In this document: positions 1-11,277 of the stretch, in pieces
How the letters are laid out: every line of letters begins with the position of its first letter
Position numbering within the stretch: position 1 is the first letter of the stretch
From: an uncultured Acidobacteriota bacterium
Lineage (GTDB): Bacteria; Acidobacteriota; Terriglobia; Terriglobales; Acidobacteriaceae
Assembly: GCA_963735555.1 (NCBI GenBank)
Contig: CAVTLP010000012.1
Location: 90,504 to 154,503, forward strand
Length of the DNA stretch: 64,000 nt
Direction of reading: 5' to 3'
Notes under the pieces: generated by a model
Databases searched by the model: none
What the model saw: the letters and a program-made list of their open reading frames with translations, nothing else
Told to the model about the DNA's origin: nothing
Program-made: the position numbers and the translations under genes

Positions 1-1200
1 GCCCACGAATGCCTCCCCGGAAGGCAGCGGATAGGTAGCCGCCATCTGCGGAGGCGTAGGGTTCTCCTGGCAGGAGCGCAGAATCCCGGGATCGGGCGTG
101 TCGACCGGGCCGGTTTGCAGAGGAGTGCCTGTCACCCTGCCCAGTTGCGGCTTGCTTCGGTCCAAAGCGAGCACGCCGCCATCCGGAAGGGCTGCCAGAC
201 GCCAGAAAGTGAACCCCGGAACCGCGAGCGTGAAGTCCGGCCAGCGGTCGCGCCGGTCTACCAGCACCAGGTCTCCGCCCGACCGCAACATAAAGGATGC
301 CGTCAAAGCCCATGACCAGGTCCGTAACCGCCTGTCCGGCCGGAGCTGCATAGATCGGCACTTCGCCAGGACCGCTTCCGCCCGCCATGACCTGAAGGCT
401 GATCGGGTCCCAGCGGGCATAATTGCCGAACGCGTCGCGCGCCATGGGCGCCGTCTCAACCAGATTGCTCGCAGCCGTGAAGGATTCCAGAGGCGGATTG
501 CCCAGCCGCATGCTCAGCAACTGCAGGCGATTCGTGATCGGGCAATAGTACAAAGTGTTGGAGGCGATGGGTGCGAATACCGGCTCACCGGCGGTGTACG
601 CGGCCGGCGTACTGCCCAAAACGCTGCGGGTCACAGTAAGGATCATTCCCGTCGGAGTCGACCTGTGTGACGATCAAATCCTCTGCGCCGATCTGCAAAA
701 AGACGCCTGCTGCTAGACCCGTTGCCGGGACCGGTGGTGGAAGTGCGGGCGTGGTTGTGGGGCTCGGTGTGGTCGTCGCTCCCGGCGGGGTAGTTCCCGG
801 AGCAGTCGTAGCCGGGGGATGTATGCGCCGCGACAATCGTGAGTTGCGTATCGGTGACGGCGGCGTCGGCTCGCAGAATCCCCACCGGTCCCAGGACCAG
901 CGCACCCGGTGGATGGTTCGTCGCCGTGGTGCCCCGTGCACCGCGTATCACTCCCAGCTGCAAGCCGGTCGCGTCGATTCCACTGACGCTCATCACCTCC
1001 GAATCGACCGAGATGAATTCCGGGGCGCCGCCGGGCAGCGCCACAAGCAGCACGATCTGCGTGTCGTCGACGCCCACATTCTGCGCCAGCGAGGACATAT
1101 TCGGAGCCGCGGCGGACGAGCCGGGAACCGCGGGCGGCGGCGGCACAGACCAATCCTGCTGCTTGCTCAGCATCCAGAATTTGAGGCCGTTGGCATCCAT
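1..1200 (-). CDS. eCIS phage-tail/baseplate-wedge-associated protein, N-terminal part (truncated by window edge; frameshifted)
   Basis: Starts MDANGLKFWMLSKQQDW just downstream of baseplate J. Continues across indels as ...LYYCPITNRLQLLSMRLG...MARDAFGNYARWDP...VTDLVMGFDGILYVAV. Function inferred from position in the eCIS operon. Confidence 0.6.
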
Positions 1201-1211
1201 GTCGAGTTCGC

Positions 1212-3421
1212 TCAGCACACGTTCGGGACAATCGGCACCGCAACCGAGTTGTCTGTTTGCACATCGGGGGTCAGGTTGCCCGGAGTGACGCCCGAGCCGT
1301 CGGTTCCCGGTGTCACCAATACCTGCAGCAGTTCCGGCAACTGCCAGCTTTCGAGCGTGAGTTCCGCATTGCCGCTGACCATCGGAAGTTTGTGGTAGCC
1401 TCCTCCGCTGAGGGGCGTGAAAAGCAGCAGGCCGTTGACCTCCACGACACCGGCCACCTGGCTGACGATCACTTCGAGCTCAAGGCTGCGCACAGTGCGG
1501 CCGAGAGGCCAGCCCTGGTTGCTGGCGCCGCCCGGGGGAACCGGCCACAGGTAAGTTCGCAAGGCCTGTTCCACCTGCTGGCTCACCTGCAGCAGGCCGA
1601 ACCCGCTGCGTACCTCCACCGCCACGCTCACCCCGACGCCGATATATTCGGTCCCGATCACGTACATTTCTGCCGCCACGGGGCGCTTTGGATTGAGATA
1701 GGCGTACACATTCTCAAGCAGAGGCCGCCCGGCGCGCGGACAAGGCGGCTGGAGATCGCTCTTGGGTGGAATCACCATGACCGAAACCACGCCTGGAACA
1801 TTCGTATCGCGCGTCTGAGGCTTGAAAAGTGGCAGAACCTCCACGCGCGCCACTCCTCCGCCGGGCATCTCCTGCACCAGGTTCTTGTAATCGTCCGCAG
1901 TCACCGCGCGTTCCTGGTGCCGGAGCGTGGCGGGAATGCGCTGCTCGGCCTGATCCAGCGTTTCGGAGTCCGTGCCCCCCGTAGTGTCAATGGGCTGCTG
2001 CACGGTAAGGCTTTGCGCCGGATTGCCGTGATGTCATTCGCCTGGATGGCGGTGAGCGTGCCGGCCGGCAGATTTCCCGCTGCCCCGCCGCCCGCGCGCA
2101 TCAACCGTGCCCGCATCCGGCGGCCGATCGGCGGGATCATGCCCTGCATCTGATTGCCGAAACTCACCGTGCCGGCTTCAGGGTCGAGCGTATAAGCTGG
2201 GCAGCGGCCCTTGCAGCACCGCAAGATCGTCCACAGACGTCCAGAGCTGGAAGCCGAGTCCCGGCATGTCCACGTCGAGTTGAAAGGTCGACGGATCGAT
2301 CTGGGTTTGCGACAGCGCGAATTGCTGATTGGCGGAGCCGTCGCTCACTCCGGCGATCACGTTGTTGATAGGTGGTGCGCTGGTCGATCTCGACCGCGTT
2401 GATCCCAGCCCAACTCAGCGTCAGCGCGCTCTGCACGTTGACGCGGATCCAGGCCACCAGCATGCTGTCGATATCGGGATCGTCGATGCGCGGCGGTTTC
2501 GGACCCACGCCCGCCTGCGTATCGCTGCGCACGTCGTTGGCGGGCGCGCCGATATCCGGACTTGCGGCAGCATCAGCTGCACGACGCCGGCCGTGGTCAG
2601 ACCCCTGCGTGGTATCGCTCGCGACGCTCAGCGGGTAATAGACGAGCGGCTTTCCCGCGGCCGTTGCTTCCGCTGATTTGCCAGGTCACCGGAATCGCCG
2701 CCTCGCGGTCCGAAATCGGCGAACGGGATCGGTGGCCGCCGAAGCCGGCGCAAAGCCAAGACTCAGGATGCGCTGTCCATTCTTTCCGCCCAGCGTGGCG
2801 CGAATCGCGCTCAGGTTGGCGGGTTTGCCGGCCAGCAAGCGCGATCCAGATGCACTGGTCGATGGTCCCGCCGTAGACATCCACGCCGTTCGGATCGGCC
2901 ATGTTAGTTGGCGAAGACCGGAGTCGTGGTATAGCCCGAGGGCAGGTTGGACATGCTGTAGAGGGACTGCAATCCCTGCAGCAACGGCATCGCGGCGTGT
3001 CTGCTGCGCCTGGGTGAGCGGAACTTTGATGTAAGCCTGCGCCGTCACCGGCAGCACGTCGAGTTCGGAGAGCGTTTCGAAGCCGGCGGACCGGGAATGG
3101 AAGCGCCCGAAGCCAGCGTCACCGCGGTGGTGACGGCGGGATCCGAGAAATATCGAGAGAATCCCGGTCGCCGCGGCCGCGGCTGGATGCAATGGCAGGC
3201 CGAGCAGCTTCAGGAACGCCAGCCGTCTGCCGTTCCGGAATCAGGTTGGCGCGGTACAGAATCGAATCGGCAAGCCAGGCGAAAAGCTCGATCAGCGTGC
3301 GGCCCGGATCGCCAGTCTGCTGAATGGTCCATTCCGGCGTATGCGCCGGAATGCTGTCCAGCATATCCTGCACCAGGTCGCTGTAGGAGCGGTCGTCAAG
3401 AGCTGGTGGTATCAGAGGCAC
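1212..3421 (-). CDS. eCIS baseplate J-like assembly protein (Afp11/Pvc11-like; frameshifted)
   Basis: N-terminus MPLIPPALDDRSYSDLV..IPAHTPEWT..GDPGRTLIELFAWL. Middle has YTLDPEAGTVSFGN..GMIPP. C-terminus GGTDSETLDQAEQRIPATLRHQERAVTADDY and GWPLGR. These are typical baseplate-J motifs. Confidence 0.9.
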
Positions 3422-3425
3422 AGTT

Positions 3426-3818
3426 CTATCCGCCTTGCATCGTCACGCCGATTTGCTGCACCGCGTTGGTGCGCAGCAAACGGTAGAAAATCTGAACGTG
3501 GATTTGTGAAGGAGCGCCGTCCACCGTTTCCACTTCCACGTTGTCTACGGCGATCCTCGTTTCATACGTCTGCAAGGCTGTTCACGATCGCCGTTTGAAT
3601 TTGCCGCCGGATCGCGACCGTATTGCCTTCGTCCAGGAAGTTTTGCAGCCCGGCGCCGAACAACGGCTGCATCAGTTGCTCGCCAGGGCGCGTGGTCAGG
3701 ATGATGCGGATCGAATCGCGCACGCTCTGCTCCAGCGTGGTCGTAACTCAACTGCCCGTTTTGCGGAACCGGCAAGAACGGCCAGGAAATCGGATCTTTG
3801 TAAGTTGCTCGCGGCCAT
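3426..3818 (-). CDS. GPW/gp25 family baseplate protein (frameshifted)
   Basis: Stitched translation EQSVRDSIRIILTTRPGEQLMQPLFGAGLQNFLDE...YETRIAVDNVEV..IFYRLLRTN matches the gp25 signature. TAATG overlap with the upstream gene. Confidence 0.9.
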
Positions 3819-5451
3819 TAGTCCTCTGTCGGCGCAGCGCTCGGCTGCCGGTATCGGAAACGGAATGCAGATCTTGATAAAGGCCATCCAGAAAAAAACA
3901 ATGTTCAGCAGCGAAAGAAAAATGTTCAACACAAAGAAGGCGCAGATGGTGATAAGCGGAATGCTGAAGCCGCAGATCCAGGTCAGGTTGATGCCGCCTC
4001 CGCCCGGAGGCAGGCGCTCCCGTTCGACAATCCCGTCAGGCTCGCGTTCTGCATCGCGTTCATCAAGGCTCGGCGGCACGGCGAATGACGACGTCTGCTT
4101 GGCGCTCTTCAACACGTTCTTGTCGAACGGATCGGGCAGCGGCACCGGCGCCGCCGCCCGGCCGCCGCTCTCGTACCAGGCGGCAATCCGGAATGGATCG
4201 CTGTAGCAACTCCAGACCAACTCAGGCGGACAGGCCGGCGCTTTCGCCCTTGATGCGGAAAAACAGCCGCACGCGATAGAGCCGCGAGGCGTCCTGAAAA
4301 CGCCCTTGCGGAGGAAACGCCGCCAGGCTGCGCGATTGCAGCAAAGGCCCCATCACGTCCGAGGATGTCGTTCTGGTCTTGCGTCGCTGAAGGAATCCCA
4401 CGCGTGCGGCATTTGAGAGATGGGGCGCCGACGGAGGCATTGGCGCGTTGGGATCGTAATCGATCAGCTTGGCGGCCGCCTCCTGGTAGAACGCGCCCAT
4501 GGGCTTGCTGCACGTGAATCCGGAGCCGTCTTTGGATCGTCACGTTGTGCCGGTTCAGAATGTTCAGCAGCGTTTGCGCGCCCGGCGATCCGTCGAATGC
4601 GCCGAATACCGTATAGAGCAGGCGCAGGGTCGCGGAGAAAGTCGCGAAGTCGGGAGCGCTTTTCGACTTCGCGTAGTCGTCGGACATGTACTTGTATGTC
4701 ACCGACTTGTCCGCCGCGGGAGCGTTGTGGCTGCCGGCCTTCAGCAGCGTCGGCAGAATCTTGAGCATCGTGTCGTTATCGACCCGCGGCACCGAGGGCG
4801 CCTGCTGCGTGCTGGCCTCGCTGCTGGCCGTGGGAATCAGCGCATAGACCAGCGTGCGGCCGGCGGCGTTGCAGACATCCGGCGCCGCGACAAACGCCGG
4901 CGTCGAGACTTCCGTCAATGCGATCGACAGAGCTCTGCGCCGCCAGCAACTGGTCGAGCGCCGGCTGCCCCGATTGAAGCTGCGGCCGCTGCACCGGGTC
5001 GGGATCGTCGTCCGGCGTCCAGGAGGCGGCGCTCTTCATCCATCCGAATTGCCCATTCGCGTCCTTCATCCACGGCCACGCCGTTCTGGCGCTTCCGAAA
5101 GTTCGCTGACGCCTCCCGTGCGCGGCACGCGCCGGATCACCAGCCCCGCCGATAGCACGCGCTTCGGGTCCAGCCTCGGATAGCCCACGCTCTCGCAGGC
5201 CAACTGCACCATGGCGACATGAACGACGCGCGCCACAGGTTGGTAGAGAGTGCCTGGGACCGAAGGGCCGGCAGTCACGATCTGGGCGCTCGAGAGCGGC
5301 GTTCCCTTTGCCCCGGGGTCCCCATAGCGCCCAAGTCGCGCAGGAACGCATTGGGGAAATCTTCCCGGTTCATCTGCAGCACCACCGGCTTGTTCAGCGG
5401 CGGCCCGCCGGTGAGCTGCACGCCGCTCACGACGATGTCGTGCCTTACCAT
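3818..5451 (-). CDS. eCIS hypothetical protein with hydrophobic C-terminal segment (frameshifted, about 540 aa)
   Basis: Stitched from ORFs 5275-5682, 5066-5278, 4109-4918, 4222-4500 and 3696-4220: MVRHDIV..LQMNREDFPNAFLRDL..LYQPVARVVHVAMV..GRFQDASRLYRVRLF..WICGFSIPLITICAFFVLNIFLSLLNIVFFWMAFIKICIPFP. Overlaps both neighbours. Confidence 0.75.
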
Positions 5452-6149
5452 ACGTTGCCGGCTCCCGGCGTGTAGACGGCCGAATCCACCGTGGTCGCGA
5501 TCAACGTCTGGCATTGGACGATGCCGCTGAAAGTGCTCATCGCGGCGTTCACCGTGACCGATGGGCGCGGTGACCGTGACTCGGCTCGCCGCGGTAATCT
5601 GCACCTGACCCGTAGGCGCGTTGATGGTGACGCCGCTCGAATCGATCCTGTACCGATGTATTTTCCGTATTGCTGAATTCAATCGAGCCGTCCTCGTCGG
5701 TGAGCGTTCCGGTGAGTCCGCCCGGCGTCGAAAACGTGATGGTGGCGCTGCTGGCGGGTTGTTCCACGATCGCGATACGCGTCCCGGCCTTGCCGGTGAT
5801 GGTCCAGCGGTCGACGCTCTGTCCCGAACCGCCGATCGTTTCCGGCGCCGAATCCTGGCCGTTCCAAAGGCTGCCGATTACGATAGCCGCGCGCGGATCG
5901 CCGCCCAGGAACGCCACCGCCACTTCGTCGCCTACGTCCGGAATGAAAAACGCGCCGCGATTGCCGCCCGCGAACGGCACCGCCACGCGCGCCCAAATGG
6001 GTCCATCCTGGTCCGTAACCCCGTCCGCGTTGTAGAGGCGCACCTGCACCCGGTTGCGGTTCTCCGGATCCTTGACGTTCACCACCGTGGCGAGGAACAG
6101 CGCCGGCCCCAACAACTGGTGAGCGCGTTTCGTGCAGCAACAGGCTCAT
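5445..6149 (-). CDS. Phage baseplate assembly protein V / Gp5 OB-fold spike (VgrG C-terminal-like; frameshifted)
   Basis: LATVVNVKDPENRNRVQV..WARVAVPFAGGNRGAFFIPDVGDEVAVAFLGGDPRAAIVIGSLWNG is the Gp5 OB-fold motif. It is followed by short beta-repeats and ends YTPGAGNVW*. Confidence 0.92.
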
Positions 6150-7242
6150 GAACCCGCCCCCAGGTAAGCGCACTCCGCGGTGAATTCCGTCGCATACCCT
6201 TTCTCAGTGTCGAAACGATGGACCGTCGCAGTCGTGTAGTAGGTGTTGGAAAATCTCGGGCCCAAACCCGTCAGCGTCAGGTATGTGCCCACGCGCAGCG
6301 CGGGGTTGCCTTCCGCCACGCCGCGCGCCACCACAAACTGGCGGCTCCGCTGCGCGAACTCGGCGTCGACCAGCGCCTGCGCGTCCGATTGATTCAGCGT
6401 GGCGTATTGCGCCAGTTGCTCCGATCGCGAAGCTCAAGGCCTGCGGCAGCCAATCCTTGCGCCGGTCTGCCCCGATCCCGGACCAAGCGAGGTGGTCTGG
6501 CTGGTCACCGAAATGGTTTGTCCCTGGTTGTAATCCCAGCCGGTGGCCGTAACTTGCGTCACCTGGTGCGCCAGATCGGCGAGAACGCGGACTTCGTGAA
6601 GCTGGCTGTTCATGTCCAGTTGAATCGCATTCCGCTGCGCCTGGCTCCTCGGCGTGGCGTGCAGTTCCGTCGCCGACCACCTGCAGATCGGCGTCGTAGC
6701 GCGCCAGCAGCCGGCGCAGGAAATGGAGATCGCTTTCGTTGAGCTGCTGTTCGGAACCGATGTGTCGCATCCAGTCCGCTGCGTCACCGGCGTCAGGCCC
6801 AGCCCGCTCGCAATCTGTCTGCACGATGTCCGAAAGCGAAGTGTTGTCCCAGTTCTTCGTGCGCCGCTTCATGCGCGCCGCCTGCAGCGCATCTTCTGCG
6901 AGCACCACCAACTCCGGAGGCCCGTCGCTGGGAAAGACGGCTTCAAGCGCCGTGATCTTGCCGCGGAAAATCTCGGTAGGCGAAGTGACCAGGCCCGCAT
7001 AGACCGTCAGGGCCGCGCCCAGCTTCAAGATCGTTCCGTCTTCGAATACCTGGTCGCCCAGCCCTCCGGCGAAGGAGCCGAAATTGCTGAAACGCAGCTC
7101 CAGATTCGACATCCCGCCTTCGTGCTCGCACATTTTCATGCCGAGCAACTGCGCGGTGACCTTGTCGTTCAACTGACCATCCACCTGTACCGTGGGGATG
7201 GCGCTGTATACGGCGGAAGTCGTGATTGGGGTCTGCAGGCAT
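6146..7242 (-). CDS. Phage late control D (GpD / gp27-like hub, VgrG N-terminal-like; frameshifted)
   Basis: EIFRGKITALE..ELVVLAEDALQAARMKRRTKNW..QLNESDLHFLRRLLARYD..QVTATGWD..ARGVAEGNPALRVG..LGPRFSNTYY..HRFD..GYATEF. Confidence 0.9.
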
Positions 7243-7247
7243 AGGTC

Positions 7248-7403
7248 CTAATCCGCTCGCAATCGAAGCTCGCGCTCGCGCAGCTTATCCAACTCTGCCT
7301 TGACGTCGAGCTTCGGCTGTTGCGCAGCGCCGGCCGCCGGCGCGTTTGGGGGCGCGGCAGAGGGCTGTGTTTCTACCTCTAAGTCGTCGATAGTTACAGA
7401 CAT
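7248..7403 (-). CDS. Small eCIS-associated protein (about 50 aa; frameshifted; not in the ORF track)
   Basis: ATG at 7403 reads MSVTIDDLEVETQP... and, after an indel, ...KLDVKAELDKLRERELRLRAD*. It fills the gap between flanking eCIS genes. Confidence 0.6.
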   Translation of the reverse strand: MSVTIDDLEVETQPSAAPPNAPAAGAAQQPKLDVKAELDKLRERELRLRAD

Positions 7404-7420
7404 AGTTCGTTCTTCCGCGA

Positions 7421-8658
7421 TTAATCGATATCGAACGTCAGCCCGTCGTTAAAACTGAATGTGGCGCCCACATTCGTGGAAAAGCCCGGACGGCGCCATG
7501 GCGACTCCGCCCAGGCCGAAACTGGCGTTGGCGCCGGCTGCGACATCCGATCCCACGGTCGCCGGCAGCATGCGCAGCGGATCGAGCTGCGCCGTGGTGC
7601 TGAGAGTGGCGCGGCCGACTTCGAGGCCCGCGAAGGCTCCCGCCGTCGCGGCACGCCCGCCGACGCTGGACGATCCGAACAGCGCCCCGCCCCCTGCCGC
7701 CAGCTGAAACCTGACCGCTGGCGCTGGTCGAAACACGCCCACTCCCACGGACGCGCCCGCGCCCGCCGAGAATCCAGCCCCGGCCGATATTCCCACGCCG
7801 GCCGATGCGCTTGCGCCGAAGCCGGCGCTGGCCGAGACGCCCAACTCCCGCGCCCGCCGAGAGACCCACCCCCGGCGCCCCGGATATCCCGATTCCCGCA
7901 CCGCGCTGGAAATGCCAAGTCCCGCGCCCGCCGAAGCGCTGGCGACAAAACCCACGGCGGCGTTCAACTGGATTCCGCCGCCCACTTCCAGGGCCGCTCC
8001 GCCCGTGAAGCGTGGATTCTCCAGCCCGTTGGCGCTGGCGAGCGCGCGCGTCGGCGTTGGGATCGCCGCCATGTGGCTCGCGGCGGCCGTCCGCCGCGCT
8101 TCCCGTCAGCCGGCGTCGGCACCAGGCTGCCGCGTCTGCGGACTTCGAATCCGGGAGCCCGCATCGAACACGTTGTCCTGCCGCGCCAGTCCGATGCTCA
8201 CCAGCGCGCGCAGCGGAATTCCATCGGCCGAGAAGAAATCGATCGTCTCCTTGAACGATTCCATGACCCCCTGGAAGTGATACACGCCCCAATCGAAACT
8301 GAGCACCGGAGGCGCCGGCGCGTTAGTCCCTTTGCTTTTGCGCCGCTGCCCGCCGTTGCTCGCCGCGGCCGGACGATTGCATGAAGAGCGCAATCGGCGT
8401 CGTAAACTGTCCGCACATCCGACCCCCGTGTCGGTAGTGTCGAATTGCAGATCCATGGTCAGCTTGCCCGTGAATTGCGCGGCAAATTGGCGTCGCCTCG
8501 GATCGCCCGCCCTGCTGTGGATTCGAATTCTCAACCGTGTAAACCAGAGAAGCCGGATTGAAATGCACGGGCATCGGCGTTCGCCGTTGGGCAGCGCCTT
8601 CAAGCGTCGCTTTGACGACTGTTGGAGCGGCTTGGTTATTGGAGTTGGGCTGGCTCAT
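7421..8658 (-). CDS. Contractile injection system tube-initiator protein (CIS_tube/Afp7-like) with Gly/Ala/Ser-repeat tail (frameshifted)
   Basis: PVHFNPASLVYTVEN..KLTMDLQFDTTDTG..APPVLSFDWGVYHFQGVMESFKETIDFFSADGIPLRALVSI, then LysM-like ARALASANGLENPR, then (GAGxGxSA)n. Confidence 0.85.
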
Positions 8659-8669
8659 CGAAATCTCTC

Positions 8670-9142
8670 TTAGACCGCGGAAAGGCCTTCGTGAACGAAG
8701 TGCAGTTCCTCGATGCCGACCTCCGTTCCCTTGGCGTTCAGATCCGCGAATTTGAACTTCACCGGCATCGCGTGAGCAAGCTGCCAGGCCATTACGGATT
8801 TCATTTTTCCGTCGAGCAGAGTGATGGTTACCTGCAGACGCGGCGCAAACTGTCCGCAACTGGTCTGCGTTGAAGATCTGCCACATGCTGCGATCCGTAC
8901 TCACGCCTCGCTTCAACACGACGGTGGCGAAGGTGACGCCGCCCGGCCGTTGCGCCGCGCCGTAATTGCGGCCGCCCTCCTTAATGACCTTGGGCTCCAT
9001 GGTGGCTTCGAGCCCGGTGCATTCCGCAAAGACCATCTCCGTGCGGTCGCCTTGCGGGCCGTTCGTCAGCGAATCGGCCGTGACGGCCACCCGAAATCGA
9101 AAAATGTGAAGCGGAACAATGCTGGGTATCTTTGGTCGCCAT
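8670..9142 (-). CDS. Phage tail tube protein, T4 gp19-like (tube 2; frameshifted)
   Basis: FAECTGLEATMEPKVIKEGGRNYG..VTFATVVLKRGV..AWQLAHAMPVKFKFADLNAKGTEVGIEELHFVHEGL. TGATG coupling to sheath 2. Confidence 0.9.
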
Positions 9143-10744
9143 CAGCTTGCCTCCGCCATGACTGCGATGCCCTGCGCGCTGGCTCCGCTGGTCTCGAGCG
9201 CCAGCGTGACGCGGATCAATTCGATGGTGGCCGCCGCGGTAAACGTCACCTGCGCGATGAGACGGCCGTTATCCAGGTCGTTTTGCGTCATGGTGCTGGC
9301 ATCGCAGCGCACCGAGAACGCCTCCTGAACGCGTGTCGCCATCGAGCGCATTCAGCGTCCAAAGCTGCGTGAGCAAATTGGCCCAGCGAGATTTCCACGG
9401 TTTGCCAGAGCGCCGGACCGTTCTGCTTGAAGACGATTCGTTCGCCCAACTGCCGCGAGCTCGCGAAATCACCGACACCAGCCGATGGACCCGCGCCGGC
9501 CGGTACGCTTCGCCGGGATAGGCGGTCACATCGGAGAGCAGCCGCAAGCCCGCGGGCGTGAATCCGAAAAGGCTCAGCCGAGTGATCAGCGGCTTCCACG
9601 AATTGCCACCCCAGACCAGCGGCGCCACCGGCACCGGAAGCTCCTGCGCAGGTAAAGACGGCCACAGATCGGAAATCTCGGCGGGAACGATCTTTGTGGC
9701 ATCCATGAAAGCGCCGCGCGTCAGCGCGTTGCGCGCCAGTAGCCCCACCAGCGCGCCGTCCGGCGGTTCCAGCGATTCGTTCAGGACGTGCGAGCCGGTC
9801 GTCGTCAGCCAGGGATAAGCGAGTTGCAGGAACGCGGTCGATAGACCCGGATCGGCGCGGCTGCGTGTCGACGCCGGGCGAATGTTCTCCGGCATCTGCT
9901 GGTGATGACGCTGTGGACATCCTGGGCAAGCACCGCGCTCGATGGATTTTGCGCGGCAGCGGCGGCGTCCAGATCCTGCGGCAAGCGGAAAAGCCGCCAC
10001 GAACTGAATCTCGCGGATGCCATTCTTCAGACAGGTACTCGAAGAACTGTCTGCACGCTCGGCGCCCATACGGTTCGCGTAATCGTCCGGCGTGAGCCGC
10101 GGGGCGGGTAGAGGGAATAGCGGAATGGGGGCGAGGATCGGTAGACGGCGGCGCACACTCCGCAAACCGCGAGGACCGGCGGCGACCGCCGAGACCACCG
10201 CCGCGGCGACTGTGGGCGCGGAAGCCGACAGCGCCGGAAGATCTGGCAGAGCGAGGAACGAGACGTCCGGCAGCCCGCCCAGATGCCCCGCGCCGTGCCA
10301 GCTTCGTCGATCGTCCACGGCGTATAGATTGCCCGGCAACAGCCTAGCCAGCTTTTGCGCCTTGCCGCTGCGCGCCATCTCGTTCGGTGAAATCGGATCG
10401 TCCATCCGCACGATGTAGCATCGTCTTCCGCCCTGAGCGAAGAACGAACGGACCGCCGCCGGCCAGATAGTCCGTGCCGTAACTCGCAAGGCGACCCGCC
10501 CGGGTCGAAGAGCGACGTAAATGTCGCATAGCTTTCGATCGGTATGGGAATATCGGTGAAGGGCGGATCAATGGAACGCGCCAGCGGCCCGTTTGTCCAG
10601 CCACGAACCTGCAGCCAGTTCTGGATCGCCAGGGGCAGAGCTGTGCCCGGTGACGCGAGCCAGTCCCACAAAGCAGGCGACATCGTTGCGCGCCGGGTCG
10701 GATTCGACCACCGGACGCGCTGAGTCAAATACGATGCGGCTCAT
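9142..10744 (-). CDS. Divergent phage tail sheath-like protein (sheath 2; frameshifted)
   Basis: RNDVACFVG..AVRSFFAQGGRRCYIVR..AYPWL..EPPDGALVGLLARNAL..GERIVFKQNGPALW..EAFSVRCDASTMTQNDLDNGRLIAQVTF, matching the sheath C-terminal domain. Confidence 0.8.
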
Positions 10745-10784
10745 GGCTCACTCTCTCGAAGACTCTCCATTTCCCGCTTCACGC

Positions 10785-11247
10785 TCAGGAAGCGAGACTG
10801 ATCTCGTACCCTTCGGCGGACAGCACCAGCTCTTCCATGGCGACCTCGCCGCCGCCTTTGCCCGCCAGCGTGGGGCCGGTATACTTCATGGGCACCACCT
10901 TGCGCAGCTTCCATTGCTGAATCGGAGTTGCCCGCCTCGTCGAGCAGCGTGATCACCACGTCGCGCTGCGCGGCAACGCCGGTCTTGCGGGTGGCCGTGA
11001 TCCAGGCCCACAAGTCCGACGAATTCACGACGCCGCGTTTCAGCGTGACGTCGCCCACTTTGTGCGACCCGGGAATCTTGCGCACATGCGGCTCGGCTTC
11101 GTTGCCGTCGCGGTATTCGGAGATGTGTATGTCGGTCTCCAGCCCCGAAACGTCCGAAAAGCCGCCCAGCGGTTTGATGCGGAGCCTCGCGGTCCACTCA
11201 GATCGACGATGATAGTTATAAGCCGGTAAAGGCGCGGTTCTGGGCAT
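10785..11247 (-). CDS. Phage tail tube protein, T4 gp19-like (tube 1; frameshifted)
   Basis: GGFSDVSGLETDIHISEYRDGNE..VRKIPGSHKVGDVTLKRGVV..LWAWI..RDVVITLLDEAG..KYTGPTL..EVAMEELVL. Confidence 0.95.
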
Positions 11248-11277
11248 TTCGATTCTCCTAGTCGGACTGGTTGCGGA

